From NCBI GenBank assembly GCA_965237765.1, contig OZ250157.1, positions 1,295,508-1,359,507 on the forward strand: a DNA stretch of 64,000 bases, written 5' to 3'. The position numbers were made by a program, and so were the translations under genes. Origin of the DNA: Phototrophicaceae bacterium. GTDB lineage: Bacteria; Chloroflexota; Anaerolineae; Aggregatilineales; Phototrophicaceae. Shown in pieces: positions 16,229 through 25,465 of this stretch (positions are counted from its first letter, which is position 1; every line of letters begins with the position of its first letter). Under the pieces are notes generated by a model. The model was given only the letters and a program-made list of their open reading frames with translations, made no database searches and was not told where the DNA came from.

Positions 16229-18895
16229 TTAGGAGTTGGTAGCGCTCAACACGCGCTGGCGCTGCTCATCGGTCAAGCCGTAGAGCGAGCAGACGGCAAC
16301 GTCGATTTCGGCGTCGAGAGCGGCCAGCTGGCGGCTCAGCGATAATTGCTCGTTGCTGCCTTTAAAGGCGGCGGCCGCCTTTGGCGCGAGGACCAGGGCC
16401 CACTTCACGGCGCGCTCGATCGTTTGCCGCCGCTGGTCGTCCGCTGCCGCGCGCGGGATGGGGATGCGGGAGACGTGGACACTGCGCCATTCCAACCAAC
16501 CACCTTCATTGCCGCCGCCACCACCCAGGGCAGATGCGTGGTATTTGAAGTAATGAAATATTGGACTGGAATTGAGGACGCCCAATAAATAGGCATCATC
16601 TACAGGTATGAAGAACAATTTGTTGTTGAGGAAATAGCCTTCGGCATCCAGCGTGAAGCGACTTTCTCTGGCGATCTCGGGGTAGACAATTTTGTGCGAG
16701 TGAAACTTTTCCAAATACGCGCAGGCTCTTAGCTCCCACCAGAACTCACCTTTGTCTTGTCGGCGCCGGGCGCGCTCCACAAATGGTTCCAGGTGTTGCA
16801 TGAGCGCTGGATGATTTGCGCGCATCCATTCTTCAGGGTCAGCATCGCCGCAATATTCCCGCGTCCAGCCCTTGGGAATGTTGATGAGATAACGCCCCCT
16901 ATCGCTTACGGTAAAGCGTTGTACATCTTCGCCACCCAGTACTTGGTGTATGAGCGGCGTGCTTTGTGGGTTCAGGCGTACGATGCGGTCGCGCGTGCTC
17001 TTCCCGATGATGAAGGCTTCGTTGTAACCAGTTTTTGTGCCAAGATAAATTTTGAAATTACTACTCAGATATTCCTCCAGTGGCACGCCAACTTTGTGCA
17101 TCCGTAGGAAGATGTCCATGTCCTCTTTAGGCGCCAGCGCCCAGCTGTCACCCTGCAGCGAGCGCTCGTCCAGCACCGTGCCGTATTCGTTGACGGCCTC
17201 GTCCAGGTTGCCTTGGGATAAGTCGTTGACGGGCGCGTAGATAAAATCTTGCTTTTCGGGACGGCTTTCGGCCTTTTGCGTGATGACAATGGAGGTATAA
17301 GCGGCCACGCCCTCAAACACCGGCAAGCGGCCGAAGTCGATGATTTCTTCCAGATTGGTCACTTCCAGTAAATACTCACGCAGCCCTTTACCATAGGCGG
17401 CGCGCAAGAATTTGTTGGAGGAAATGAAGCTGAAGTAACCACCGGGCCGCAGCAGCTCGTGCGCGCGCTCGTAAAAGCAGACATAGAGATCGGCGCGGCC
17501 CGTGTAGCTGCGGTATTTCCTACGCGCATATTGCTTGAATTGGGACGGTTGCGCTTCCTGCCGCACATAGGGCGGGTTGCCGATGACCACATCGAAACCA
17601 CCGCCAGCTAAGGCTTCTGGGAATTCTTCGGGCCAATCGAATTCCTCGTCGATCAGGCTATCGCCATGGTGGATGTTCGGGATATCGGGCAGCCTGGCGC
17701 GCTGATCCACCGCCCGCAACCAGAGGTTCAGCCGCGTAACAGCGATAGCCTGCGGGTCCTTATCGACGCCATACAGGTTTTCGCGCAGGATGTGCTGTTT
17801 GCGTTGCGAAGTTTCGCGTAGCGTCGGGTCGTTATCCCGCAGCCATTCATCGATCACGTCAAAAGCGGCGATGAGGAAAGAGCCCGAACCGCAAGCCGGG
17901 TCCAGCACACGGATCTGGCGGGCGGCCGCGATTCCGCCGCGTTCAAAGGCCGCATCCAGCGCTTTGACGACCGTGTTGCGCACGATATAGCGGACAACGA
18001 AGCGCCGCGTGTAGTAGATGCCCTGTTGTTTGCGGTGTGCCTGCTTCGATTGCGCCAGTGACAGGTATTGCTCGTAAATGGTGCCGAGCACATCGGCGCC
18101 GATGACCGAGAAATCGTAGGGTATCAACGCCTTTTGGATGTGATAGTTGCGGTAGTGTAGACCATTGACAATATCCTGCAACAGCTTGGCGGAGCCTCCA
18201 TAATCCTCGAAAAAATAATTCTCACAATAGTGCTCCGCAAAGAGTTGGGCGTTGTAGATGGCATCCAATTCCCGGAAGAGGGATAAGAGGTGAGCGGGTA
18301 GTTTAGATACCGCCCGTCCTTCCAGCTGGCGCAAAACGGGGAGCAGCAGGGGATCCTCAATTTCTCGGTCCTCCACGTTGCGGATGAAGATGAGGCGATT
18401 GAGGATCAGTTGCACGGCCTCTTCGCGCTGCTCTTCGGTCCAGTCAGGGAGAAATTCGCGGAGGTTGGCGAGCAGGTCTTGTCGCCAACCGGCCAGGTCT
18501 TCGTAGAGTTGTTTGTCGACGGGTTGGCGGCGCGGGATGCCGACGGCACGTTCTTGGAGTTCGCGCGCTGTCATGGAAACTTTGCTGAGTAGCCAGAGCT
18601 TGTCGAAGCGGCACAGGAATTCCTCATGCCCCAGCGAGATGAAGGGGATGATGTGATGGGAGTACCGGCTGACGTAGTAGAGTTTCAGCTCACAGAAGTT
18701 GGTCAGCACGGCCCAATCGACGCCACGATTCCAGGCGTAATCGGTCGCTTGCCGGGCGTAATCGGGATTGGCGAGTTCGGCATCGAGGTTTTTCGCTTCG
18801 AGCAGGAAGCGCGTCACCCCTTTGATTTTGAAGGCATAATCGACGCGCTTGCGGCCGCTGGCTTCTTCGCGGGTGACTTCGGCGTTGTGGTGCAT
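16229..18895 (-). CDS. Type IIG restriction-modification enzyme (Eco57I-like: PD-(D/E)xK nuclease + N6-adenine methyltransferase + specificity region)
   Basis: DYAFKIKGVTRFLLEAKN (nuclease), VLDPACGSGSFL (motif I), VVIGNPPYV (motif IV). The same frame stays open and protein-like upstream to about 19060 with no in-frame start codon, so the true 5' end is uncertain. Confidence 0.85.
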   Translation of the reverse strand: MHHNAEVTREEASGRKRVDYAFKIKGVTRFLLEAKNLDAELANPDYARQATDYAWNRGVDWAVLTNFCELKLYYVSRYSHHIIPFISLGHEEFLCRFDKLWLLSKVSMTARELQERAVGIPRRQPVDKQLYEDLAGWRQDLLANLREFLPDWTEEQREEAVQLILNRLIFIRNVEDREIEDPLLLPVLRQLEGRAVSKLPAHLLSLFRELDAIYNAQLFAEHYCENYFFEDYGGSAKLLQDIVNGLHYRNYHIQKALIPYDFSVIGADVLGTIYEQYLSLAQSKQAHRKQQGIYYTRRFVVRYIVRNTVVKALDAAFERGGIAAARQIRVLDPACGSGSFLIAAFDVIDEWLRDNDPTLRETSQRKQHILRENLYGVDKDPQAIAVTRLNLWLRAVDQRARLPDIPNIHHGDSLIDEEFDWPEEFPEALAGGGFDVVIGNPPYVRQEAQPSQFKQYARRKYRSYTGRADLYVCFYERAHELLRPGGYFSFISSNKFLRAAYGKGLREYLLEVTNLEEIIDFGRLPVFEGVAAYTSIVITQKAESRPEKQDFIYAPVNDLSQGNLDEAVNEYGTVLDERSLQGDSWALAPKEDMDIFLRMHKVGVPLEEYLSSNFKIYLGTKTGYNEAFIIGKSTRDRIVRLNPQSTPLIHQVLGGEDVQRFTVSDRGRYLINIPKGWTREYCGDADPEEWMRANHPALMQHLEPFVERARRRQDKGEFWWELRACAYLEKFHSHKIVYPEIARESRFTLDAEGYFLNNKLFFIPVDDAYLLGVLNSSPIFHYFKYHASALGGGGGNEGGWLEWRSVHVSRIPIPRAAADDQRRQTIERAVKWALVLAPKAAAAFKGSNEQLSLSRQLAALDAEIDVAVCSLYGLTDEQRQRVLSATNS

Positions 18896-19151
18896 ATCCC
18901 AACCGAGCGCGGCGAAGAGCGGGTCGATGAAATTGGTACGTGTGGAAGTTTCGGTATAGTCGCTGCGCGCGGCGCGGCTGAGATTCTGATACGATTCGAC
19001 GAGTTCCTTAATTACGTTGGCGGGCGGCTTCCTGCATGCGGCCTTTCCTCTGTTGCTGGAGGAACAGTATAGCGCGCTGCTACGCTCCTCACGGCCGCAT
19101 AAGACCCACCCGCGCTATAATTAACCCCATCCACCAACAGAGAGGTTCTCC

Positions 19152-19847
19152 ATGTTTGCTACGCTCCATTACCACGGCCATTCCACCTTTTCGCTCGTGT
19201 TGAGCGGGGGCACGGTCGTTTTTGACCCCTTCCTGACCGGTAACCCGGCCGCCGTGGCCAATGTCTATGACCTCGCTGCCGACCTCATCTGCGTCTCCCA
19301 CGCGCATGGCGACCACGTCGCCGACGTCGCCGCCCTCGCCGGGCATACCGGCGCCACCGTCGTCTCCAATTTTGAAATCGCCAATCACTTCGCCAACCAG
19401 GGCATCGAAAACACCGTCGGCGTCAACCCGGGCGGCACCTACGACGCCGGCTTTTGCCGCGTGAAATGGACGATTGCCTTCCATTCCTCCTCCTTCGATG
19501 ACGGCAGCTACGGCGGCGAGGCCAACGGCATCCTGCTCACGACCGAATCGCTGCGCCTCTATTTCGCGGGCGATACGGCGCTCTTCAGCGATATGCGGCT
19601 CATCGGCGCCGGCAACCTGGATGTGGCGCTCCTGCCCATCGGCGACCATTTCACCATGGGCGTCGAAGATTCGCTGCAGGCGATCCGCTTCCTCGAGACG
19701 CGCATAGCCGTGCCGATGCATTACAACACCTTCCCGCCCATCGCGCAGGACGCGGCGGCCTGGGCGCGGCGCGTAGAAGCAGAGACGGATGCGCATCCGC
19801 TCGTCCTGCAGCCCGGCGCGAGCGCAGATTTGAGCGTCGGAGGCTGA
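19152..19847 (+). CDS. UPF0173-type metallo-beta-lactamase fold hydrolase
   Basis: LHYHGHSTFSL, FDPFLTGNP and CVSHAHGDHVAD motifs. Confidence 0.8.
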   Translation: MFATLHYHGHSTFSLVLSGGTVVFDPFLTGNPAAVANVYDLAADLICVSHAHGDHVADVAALAGHTGATVVSNFEIANHFANQGIENTVGVNPGGTYDAGFCRVKWTIAFHSSSFDDGSYGGEANGILLTTESLRLYFAGDTALFSDMRLIGAGNLDVALLPIGDHFTMGVEDSLQAIRFLETRIAVPMHYNTFPPIAQDAAAWARRVEAETDAHPLVLQPGASADLSVGG

Positions 19848-19877
19848 ATATGGCTATACTGAGCGTGACAATTATGA

Positions 19878-22184
19878 ATGATGGGGAGCGAGATGAGCGT
19901 CGCAAATAGCGAATCCACTGTCCTCGGCCAATCGTTGCGCTTGCAAGAAGGGCGCGAGAAGATCACCGGCCGCGCCCGTTACACACATGATCTGAAGCTG
20001 CCCGGCATGCTGCACGCGCGCCTGGTGCCGAGCCTCTACGCGCACGCCAACCTGCGCGGCATCGACGCGAGCGCCGCTTTGGCGCGCGAGGGCGTTGTCG
20101 CCGTCCTGACGGCCGAGGATATGCCCGATATCGAGCCGAGCAGCCGCTACCTGTTGCTGCTGGCGCGCGACCGCGTCATCTTCGCCGGGCAACCGGTAGC
20201 GTTGGTCCTGGCAGAAGACGAAGGGGCGGCGGAAGATGGCGCTTCCCTGGTGCAGGTGGATTATGAGGTGCTACCGGCAGCCATGAATATCGATGAGGCG
20301 CTGGCGGAAGGCGCGCCGCTGGTCTGGCCGGATGGCGTGCCGGGCCTGGATGCCGCCGCCGCCGAAGCTCATGGCGCCGCCGTTGCCGAGGGCGAAGAAG
20401 AGGCGGCCGCCCCCAGCAATCTGGCCGGCGAAACGGTGATGGAGAAGGGCGATGTGGCGGCGGGCTTCGCGGAAGCGGAGCACATCGTCGAGCGTGTTTT
20501 CGATACGCCGATGGTGCACCAGAACAGTTTGGAGACGCATGCCGTCATCTGCCAGCCGAATCCGCTCACCGGAGGAATGCAGGTTTGGGCGAGCACACAA
20601 GCGCCTTTCGGGATCCGTCAGATCGTTTCGTCGATTTTGGGCGTGCCGGAGAGCGATGTCACGGTGACGCCAGCGACGATCGGCGGCGCCTTTGGCGCGA
20701 AATTCGGCCTGTATGAACCGCTGGTAGCCATGGCGGCACACGCGCTGGGGCGGCCGGTGCGCCTGGCCCTGACGCGCAGCGAGGAACTGGCAGCCACCAA
20801 CCCGGCCCCGCCGATGCGGCAGCGCATCCGTATGGGCGCGCGCGCCGATGGTAGCCTGTGCGCGCTCGATGCGGAGATCATGGTGGAATCCGGTTGTTAC
20901 CCCTTCGGTCTGGGCGGGCTCATCTCGCTCATGGTGGGTAGTTTTTATCCGGTAGAGAACTCGAGCGTGGTAGCGCGGGAGGTATTGAGCTTCAAACAAT
21001 CGACGGGCGCCTACCGCGCGCCGGGGGCGACGGCCGTCATCTACGCGCTGGATACGGTGATGGATGAGCTGGCGGCGCAACTGGGCGAGGACACGATCGA
21101 ATACCGGCTGCGCCACTGCGCGCGCGCCGGCCAGCCGATGATGAACGGCGCCCCCTGGCAGAGCCTGGGCATGGCCGAAACGCTGGAGGCGCTGCGCGAC
21201 CACCCCGCCTGGCAGAAGCGCGAAGCGGCGCGGGCGCAGGGGCGTGGCGTCGGCATCGCCGTCGGCGGTTGGGCGGGGGCGACCGAGCCGGCCGCCGCCG
21301 TCTGCCAGTTGAACCGCGATGGAATGTTACACATTCATGCCGGCGCGGTGGATATCAGCGGCACGAACACCGGTTTCGCCATATTGGCGGCGGAGGCCTT
21401 TGGTGTTTCACCAGACCAAGTGCGCGTGCTCACCGGCGACACCAGTTACGCGCCTTATTCCGGCGGCAGCGGCGGCAGCAAGGTGACCTATAACACCGGC
21501 GCGGCCGTCCTTTTGGCGGCGCAGGCGGCGCGGCAGCAGGTGCTGGAGATCGCGGCCAACCAATTCGAGGCAGCGCCAGAAGATCTGGAGATCGTCGATG
21601 GCGCGGTGCGCGTCAAGGGCGTGCCGGATCAATCGATCACGCTCAGCAAGATCGCCGGTGGGGCGATGCGCTTCGCCGGCAAATACCCACCAATTCAGGC
21701 CAGCGGGCGCGTGGCCGTCACGGACCTTTCGCCGGCCTTCAGCGCGCAATTGGCTGAGGTATCGGTGGATGCGGATACGGGCGAAGTCACCTTGCACCGC
21801 CTGGTCATTGTGCAGGACGTGGGGCGGGCGCTGAACCCGGCGGCGATCGGCGGGCAGATGATGGGCGGCGCGGTGCAGGGCATCGGCTGGGCGCTGCACG
21901 AGGACCTGGCGTATGACGAAGGCGGCCAGCTCATCGCCGGCAGCTGGATGGATTATTCGGTCCCGGATGTGCTGCAGGTCGCGCCGGACCTGGATGTGGT
22001 GATCATCGAAGTGCCCTCGGAGCATGGCGTGCTGGGGATCCGCGGGGTCGGCGAAGCGCCGGTGGTGCCGACGCCGGCCGCGATCGCCAACGCGATCGCC
22101 GACGCGAGCGGCGCGCGCATGACGCGACTGCCGATCACCGCGCCGGCCCTGCGCGCGGCGCTGAATGGCAACGGCCGCGCGTAG
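19878..22184 (+). CDS. Xanthine dehydrogenase / aldehyde oxidase family molybdopterin-binding large subunit
   Basis: 768 aa. LRLQEGREKITGRARYTHD, QNSLETH and GGAFGAK-type motifs. No adjacent FeS or FAD subunit genes. Confidence 0.85.
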   Translation: MMGSEMSVANSESTVLGQSLRLQEGREKITGRARYTHDLKLPGMLHARLVPSLYAHANLRGIDASAALAREGVVAVLTAEDMPDIEPSSRYLLLLARDRVIFAGQPVALVLAEDEGAAEDGASLVQVDYEVLPAAMNIDEALAEGAPLVWPDGVPGLDAAAAEAHGAAVAEGEEEAAAPSNLAGETVMEKGDVAAGFAEAEHIVERVFDTPMVHQNSLETHAVICQPNPLTGGMQVWASTQAPFGIRQIVSSILGVPESDVTVTPATIGGAFGAKFGLYEPLVAMAAHALGRPVRLALTRSEELAATNPAPPMRQRIRMGARADGSLCALDAEIMVESGCYPFGLGGLISLMVGSFYPVENSSVVAREVLSFKQSTGAYRAPGATAVIYALDTVMDELAAQLGEDTIEYRLRHCARAGQPMMNGAPWQSLGMAETLEALRDHPAWQKREAARAQGRGVGIAVGGWAGATEPAAAVCQLNRDGMLHIHAGAVDISGTNTGFAILAAEAFGVSPDQVRVLTGDTSYAPYSGGSGGSKVTYNTGAAVLLAAQAARQQVLEIAANQFEAAPEDLEIVDGAVRVKGVPDQSITLSKIAGGAMRFAGKYPPIQASGRVAVTDLSPAFSAQLAEVSVDADTGEVTLHRLVIVQDVGRALNPAAIGGQMMGGAVQGIGWALHEDLAYDEGGQLIAGSWMDYSVPDVLQVAPDLDVVIIEVPSEHGVLGIRGVGEAPVVPTPAAIANAIADASGARMTRLPITAPALRAALNGNGRA

Positions 22185-22205
22185 GAAAAAGCCGCTGCGC
22201 AATCG

Positions 22206-22236
22206 AATCGCCCCCGGTGTTGCTTGGGGGGCGATT
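22206..22236 (+). terminator. Stem-loop downstream of the Mo-hydroxylase gene
   Basis: AATCGCCCCC (22206-22215) pairs with GGGGGCGATT (22227-22236). There is no clear T-tract. Confidence 0.35.
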
Positions 22237-22270
22237 GATGTCATGATGAGGCTGAGTCGGGGAGGGTAGC

Positions 22271-22510
22271 ATGTCCATTATCGATATCCTCACCAACATC
22301 TTCATGGATATCGGCATAATGGGTCGATTCGGAAAGAACGTAGACAGACTTGCGCACTCCACCAAGTCCACCAAGCATGATCCCAATCGCAGACAACAGA
22401 AATCCGCCGTACAAGCCGACATACGCGAGAAGGCCGCCGACGACCTGGTCAAATCTTTAGCGAGGATTGCGAAGCGTCACGAACGCCACCAGGACAGCAA
22501 TCTAACTTGA
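22271..22510 (+). CDS. Hypothetical small protein in a low-GC spacer
   Basis: 79-aa ORF with GGGGAGGG 5 nt upstream of the ATG. No recognisable motif. Confidence 0.3.
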   Translation: MSIIDILTNIFMDIGIMGRFGKNVDRLAHSTKSTKHDPNRRQQKSAVQADIREKAADDLVKSLARIAKRHERHQDSNLT

Positions 22511-22668
22511 CCCATCCACGCAATTCGAATCACACGAATTACATTGCCTGGTTTTACATACGCGGGCAACGTATTGGGATCACACGTGTATTTTGATGCA
22601 ATGCTTCACAGTTTTAATATTGCACCGCTTTCCACGCTTGCCGAGATGAGTGATTTCAAGCCGGTTTC

Positions 22669-22697
22669 TTGGAAAAAAAATACTATCCTGTTATAAT
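22669..22697 (+). promoter_or_regulatory. Sigma70-like promoter for the ABC importer operon
   Basis: TTGGAA (22669-22674), a 17-nt spacer, then TATAAT (22692-22697), about 68 nt upstream of ATG 22765. Confidence 0.5.
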
Positions 22698-22764
22698 TTC
22701 AAGGTGTGCTCGCGCGGGATGTCTGCGCGCGCGCCAGAACGCAAGATACAGCCTAGGAGGGCAG

Positions 22765-24363
22765 ATGATGAGAAAGAATGCGATGAGACTTTTGTTTGGG
22801 GCCCTGTTTTTGCTCCTGTTCGTTGGAATTGTTGGGGCGCAGGAGCCGGTATCCGGTGGCTCCCTGACCGTAGTGTTTTCTTCCGAGTGGGGCGTCTTGG
22901 ACCCAGCCGCCAACACCAATACCTTTGGCCGCAACATCATGCAGTTCATATACGACCCCTTGTTGCGCAAGCATCCCACAACGGGGGATATCGGCCCCGG
23001 ACTGGCGGAATCCTTCTCCTTCAGTGACGATGGCACGGTCATTACCCTGAACCTGCGCCAGGGCGTCACTTTTCATGATGGCACGCCCTTCAACGCAGAT
23101 GCGGTGCGCTTCTCCTTTGAGCGCATCAGCGATCCGGAACTGGCTTCGCCCTGGGCGGCCGCCATCGTCGGGCCGGTGGAGAGCATCGAGACGCCTGATG
23201 AGCACACCGTCGTGATGACCCTCAAAGAGCCCTTCGCTCCCTATCTCGATTCGCTGACGCAGATCGGCCTCGCGCCGGTTTCACCAGCGGCCGTGGCAGA
23301 GCATGGCGACGATTATGGGCTGAACCCCGTCGGCACCGGCCCCTTCCGCTTCGTCAGCACATCACCGGATGAAGAGGTCGTGATGGCGCGCAACGAAGAC
23401 TACAACTGGGCGCCGGATTATTATGACCATCAGGGCCCGGCCTATCTAGAAGAGTTGATCGCCCTCCATGTCGGCGAAGATAGCACCCGCATGGCGCTGG
23501 TGGAGACTTTCGAAGTTGACGTCGTCTACAGCCCGCTGGCGAGCCAGCTGCCGTTCTTCCAGGACGATCCGGATTTCTATGTGCCGACGGCCGCGCGCAC
23601 CGGCGTGCCGCGCATCCTGGTGCTGAATACGGAACGTTTCCCCTTCGATGATGCGGCCACCCGCCGTGCCGTCGCCTGGGCAGTCGACCGCGAGCGTATC
23701 CTGCACGAAGTCTTCGGTAGCATCGGCGCCGTCCCGCAGGCCATCCTGACACCCGGTCTCTTCGGCTACTGGAACGCGGGTATGGACCAGTGGCCCGGCT
23801 ACGATACCGGGATGGCGGCGTCCCTGCTGGCGGAAGCCGGCTGGGGTGATGCAGATGGCGATGGCATCCTGGATAAGGACGGACAAGCCTTCAGCATCAC
23901 CTACGGCATCAGCCCGGGCTTCCCCTTCGACCAATATGGCCAGATCGTCGTCAATGACCTGACGCAGCTGGGCATCGAAATCACGGTGGAGACGGAAGAA
24001 ATCGGCGCTTACCTGGCCGATATGCGCGCTGGCAAGTGGGAACTCGCCGGCATGCTCTTCCCAGCGACCGACCCCGATGTCTTCAACATCATCGCGCATT
24101 CTTCCTCGATCGATGCGGCCTGGAATACCGCGCGCTTCAATAACGCGGAGGTGGATGGGCTCATCGAAGAGGGGCGGCGCACGTTGGATCTGGACGCGCG
24201 AGCGGCCATCTACCATCGGATTCAGGAGATCATGCTCGACCAGATGCCCTATATCCCCTTCTACGTGATCGAGAACGCCTTCGTCGTCAATTCCCGCGTG
24301 CAGAACTTCCGCACCAACGCACAGGGCTTCTTCGATTTTTATGACACCTACGTCTCTGGCTGA
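22765..24363 (+). CDS. ABC transporter substrate-binding protein, peptide/nickel (family 5) type
   Basis: Signal peptide MMRKNAMRLLFGALFLLLFVGIVGA and family-5 SBP-like sequence throughout. AGGAGG lies upstream of ATG 22765. Confidence 0.9.
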   Translation: MMRKNAMRLLFGALFLLLFVGIVGAQEPVSGGSLTVVFSSEWGVLDPAANTNTFGRNIMQFIYDPLLRKHPTTGDIGPGLAESFSFSDDGTVITLNLRQGVTFHDGTPFNADAVRFSFERISDPELASPWAAAIVGPVESIETPDEHTVVMTLKEPFAPYLDSLTQIGLAPVSPAAVAEHGDDYGLNPVGTGPFRFVSTSPDEEVVMARNEDYNWAPDYYDHQGPAYLEELIALHVGEDSTRMALVETFEVDVVYSPLASQLPFFQDDPDFYVPTAARTGVPRILVLNTERFPFDDAATRRAVAWAVDRERILHEVFGSIGAVPQAILTPGLFGYWNAGMDQWPGYDTGMAASLLAEAGWGDADGDGILDKDGQAFSITYGISPGFPFDQYGQIVVNDLTQLGIEITVETEEIGAYLADMRAGKWELAGMLFPATDPDVFNIIAHSSSIDAAWNTARFNNAEVDGLIEEGRRTLDLDARAAIYHRIQEIMLDQMPYIPFYVIENAFVVNSRVQNFRTNAQGFFDFYDTYVSG

Positions 24364-24472
24364 GGCAGCTCAGCTTTAACCCCGACTGGAGCTCGGTCGA
24401 GGCACCTTCACGGTGCCTTGGCCGGGCTCTTATCTCACTAACACTCGCCCGGCGAAATAGGAGCCCCGTGGC

Positions 24473-25465
24473 GTGACCGTATACCTCATCCGCCGCTTGC
24501 TGGCTTCCATCGTGATCCTGCTGGGCGTCAGCGTATTGATCTTCTTGATGATCCACCTGGTGCCAGGCGACCCGGTGGCCATCATGCTGCACGAGGTGAA
24601 ATCCGGCCCCGGCGCCATCGAGGAGATGCGCCGTAACCTTGGCCTCGACCGGCCGCTCACCGAGCAATACCTCTTCTGGCTGCTCGGTAATGATTATGTG
24701 CGGGTGGATACCGATGGCGATGAGGTGGCCGATTCTTTCGGCACGCGGCACGGCGTCCTGCGCGGCGATTTTGGCCGCTCCATCTTCAAGCGCGCGCAGG
24801 TGAGTGACATCATCGCCAGCAAGTTCCCCGCCACGCTCAAGCTGACGCTGGCGGCGCTGTTCTTCGCGCTGCCGGTTGGCCTCTTCGCCGGCATCGTCTC
24901 CGCGGTGAAACGGGAGACGTTCTACGATTACACGACGATGCTCGGCGCGCTGGTGGGCGTTTCACTGCCGCCATTCTGGCTCGGCTTGATGCTGATGTAT
25001 GCGTTCGGTGTGGAGTTGCGTTGGGTGCGCCCCTTCGTCGGCGATCGCGGTTGGATCACACTGATTCTGCCCACCATCACGCTGGCGGCGCCGACGGTGG
25101 CCGTCATCGCGCGCCTTACACGCTCCAGCATGTTGAATGTGTTGGGCGAGGATTACGTCCGCACGGCGCGCGCCAAGGGGGTGCACGAGCGCCGCGTGCT
25201 GACGCGCCACGCCCTACACAACGCCATCATCCCCGTCCTCACCATCCTGGGTTTGCAATTCGGTTATTTGTTGGGTGGGGCGGTGATCGTGGAGACGGTG
25301 TTCGTTTTCCCGGGGCTGGGGCGCGAGGTGGTCACGGCGATCATCAACCGCGATTTCCCGCTGGTGCAGGGGGTGACGCTCTTCTCGGCGACGCTCTTCG
25401 TGATCATCAATTTCGCCGTCGATATGCTGTATACGGCAGTAGATCCGCGAATTCGCTATGCCTGA
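24473..25465 (+). CDS. ABC transporter permease (DppB/OppB-like)
   Basis: N-terminal YLIRRLL..I..L.GVS...F and the EAA-type loop YVRTARAKGV. Confidence 0.9.
   Translation: MTVYLIRRLLASIVILLGVSVLIFLMIHLVPGDPVAIMLHEVKSGPGAIEEMRRNLGLDRPLTEQYLFWLLGNDYVRVDTDGDEVADSFGTRHGVLRGDFGRSIFKRAQVSDIIASKFPATLKLTLAALFFALPVGLFAGIVSAVKRETFYDYTTMLGALVGVSLPPFWLGLMLMYAFGVELRWVRPFVGDRGWITLILPTITLAAPTVAVIARLTRSSMLNVLGEDYVRTARAKGVHERRVLTRHALHNAIIPVLTILGLQFGYLLGGAVIVETVFVFPGLGREVVTAIINRDFPLVQGVTLFSATLFVIINFAVDMLYTAVDPRIRYA

Noticed and set aside
14107-16345. Long plus-strand ORFs (14107-15291 and 15017-16345). Similar antisense ORFs occur elsewhere, for example 33108-34406, 39819-40958, 45798-46790, 46834-47919 and 60153-61403.
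   Set aside because: They lie antisense to genes with clear family motifs, have Arg/Ala/Gly-rich low-complexity translations, and are the usual stop-poor shadow frames of high-GC DNA.
22135-22452. Minus-strand ORFs in the 22.2-22.5 kb spacer, including a frame with a TM-like stretch VVGGLLAYVGLYGGFLLSAIGIMLGGLGGV.
   Set aside because: That frame has a stop immediately upstream and no usable start before the hydrophobic stretch. The plus-strand 79-aa ORF with a strong RBS is the better, though still weak, candidate.
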